DNA from: an uncultured cyanobacterium
Lineage (GTDB): Bacteria > Cyanobacteriota > Cyanobacteriia > Cyanobacteriales > CAWUOF01
DNA: 64,000 nucleotides
Direction: 5' to 3'
Assembly: GCA_963744145.1 (NCBI GenBank)
Contig: CAVUSO010000001.1
Location: 5,568,001 to 5,632,000 of the forward strand
Shown: one piece after another, positions 62,547-64,000 of the stretch
How positions within the stretch are numbered: the stretch's first letter is position 1
How the letters are laid out: each line of letters opens with the position of its first letter
Translations under genes and position numbers: made by a program
The notes under the pieces: model-generated
What the model was told of the DNA's origin: nothing
The model's database searches: none
The model's input: only the letters and a program-made list of their open reading frames with translations

Positions 62547-63143
62547 CTACTCGCAACCTCCTTTCCCGTAAAGTTCTGCATGAGGATAAAGCTGATTTAA
62601 ACGACGCAAAACTACTTTAGCCTGGTCATTATGATTGCGATATTCTAAAGCCAGAAATAGATTTTCATACATTTCGACACTGGGTTGGGGATGCAATTGC
62701 TCCAGAGTAGTTAATATCTGATCGAGATGTTTTTGTTGGAAAAGCAGTTTCACCAGACTGTCATAACTCGTATGCTTCATTACATGACAACCAGGTTCAC
62801 TGGGGCAATCGTCCGGGAATTTTTGGATTGCTTGGAGGTAAATTTGCACTGCTTGATCGGGCTGTTGGTTTTTTTCGGATAACCTAGCTAAAGCTAGATA
62901 AGGGTAAGCTTCTCCTGCTCCTTGCTGAATCTCTTGCTGGTAAATTTGCATCGCTTCAGTTTCACGTCCAGCTTCTTCTAGTTTCCCAGCTAGTCCCCAG
63001 GAAAGTCCAGCAAAGGATGATGGGTTTTCTTGAATAATTTGATGATAAGCAGCGCTCGGACTAGGATGAGCGGGAATAGCTAAAATTATGGTGATTGCAG
63101 GGAGCAGCAAGTTAGACCAGTGCAACATCAGGTTCAAGATCAC
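62547..63143 (-). CDS. Secreted TPR protein
   Basis: Signal-like N-terminus; AYPYLALARL..DQAVQIYLQAIQKFP. Confidence 0.7.
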   Translation of the reverse strand: MILNLMLHWSNLLLPAITIILAIPAHPSPSAAYHQIIQENPSSFAGLSWGLAGKLEEAGRETEAMQIYQQEIQQGAGEAYPYLALARLSEKNQQPDQAVQIYLQAIQKFPDDCPSEPGCHVMKHTSYDSLVKLLFQQKHLDQILTTLEQLHPQPSVEMYENLFLALEYRNHNDQAKVVLRRLNQLYPHAELYGKGGCE

Positions 63144-63720
63144 CCCCGAATCCCTTCCAGATTGTTTTCACAGAGGAAAGAGGTTAAAAACAATATAGCG
63201 CTTCCAAGCGCACCCTTTCAGTAGGACGGCTAAAGGTCTTTATGCCTAAATCCCGTCCTTTTTTTATCACAGATCAGGGATAAGTAGGAAGATTTTGCCC
63301 TAATAATTTAATCTAAGTTAATATGATCATAAGTATTAGTCACTGATTTAGTAAAGTTTAGTATCATTTACTTGCATTTAGAATGAATGCTGTTAAAGTA
63401 ATAGTATGAAGCTTAAAAAGCTTCTTCGACAGATCCACAGCGAAGTTCAAGTTAGTTTTAAAGGAGTAAGAACGCTGTTTAAACTCAAATCTGTCTCATC
63501 CAACAACAGTAACACTCAACCAAAAAGCTGATATTTTTCTCATTTTAGATGGATCGGGAGCTATACCAACTAAATACTTTAATTTAGTGCAACTCCACAT
63601 CAAAGAAATCATTAGAGAAATTCACTCAGCAGATATGGCTTGAGTGTTTCTGTCGTTTTCAAGACTGATCCAAAAAAACCGGGTTTCTCTACAAAATCCC
63701 CGGTTAGTGATGAGATATTT

Positions 63721-63811
63721 GGTGTTGCTGATTTACGGTATGAATAAATAATTTGTAGGGGGGCATGCCATGCGCCCCTACAGAATTTTCATACCCTGAT
63801 TAAGCAACGCC
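63721..63811. mobile_element. MITE-like element with internal REP hairpin
   Basis: GGTGTTGCT..GGTATGA / TCATACC..AGCAACGCC ends; GTAGGGG..CCCCTAC core; no TSD seen. Confidence 0.7.
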
Positions 63812-63823
63812 AGTTAATCGATT

Positions 63824-63949
63824 GGATTCATAATTGGTCGAGGGCTTTACGGAGGTCATAGTCTCTGCGTTTAAGCTATAATTGATCTGCCTCAATGCGA
63901 AAGCCCCTACGAATATGGACAAATTTCTGTTCACGTTTCCTTTAAGTTC
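63824..63949 (-). repeat. Diverged solo copy of the second REP module of the 11.3-13.1 kb array
   Basis: Reverse complement gives GAAACGTGAACAGAAATTTGTCC..TTCGTAGGGGC..GCCCTCGACCAATTATGAATC, matching the array unit. Confidence 0.75.
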
Positions 63950-64000
63950 AATGAAATCGCTGTGCTTCCTTTAGCTACTAAGTACCTGGACAAAAATAAA

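Overview
A cyanobacterial chromosomal segment; the HIP1 octamer GCGATCGC recurs throughout. Housekeeping blocks include cobQ, zds/crtQ, livMGF, yajQ, ebsA, mgdA, dnaX, an ABC-2 exporter and glbN. Four areas are unusual. (1) An orphan NusA paralog with both KH GxxG loops degenerate. (2) An accessory zone at 11.2-16.8 kb: a 4-unit ~488-bp tandem array built from MITE/REP modules, a frameshifted caspase-kinase-GUN4 gene whose 3' tail is strongly A-depleted, a Uma2 gene, and a DUF433/PIN toxin-antitoxin pair truncated at a HIP1 site. (3) A complete cheY-cheA-cheW-mcp-PAS/HEAT-cheR-cheB-cheC chemosensory cluster in the gene order of the Myxococcus Che7 system, with a sensorless, extremely long MCP. 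(4) A defence/mobile island at 54.7-62.5 kb: a 108-bp direct repeat, xisH'/xisI, an IS4 element inside a clostripain remnant, a BamHI-like R-M system, and an ABC-ATPase-TOPRIM gene with one premature stop. Several genes carry single frameshifts or stops, which may be real decay or assembly errors. No tRNA, rRNA or CRISPR array was recognised. All calls come from reading the sequence; no database search was run.
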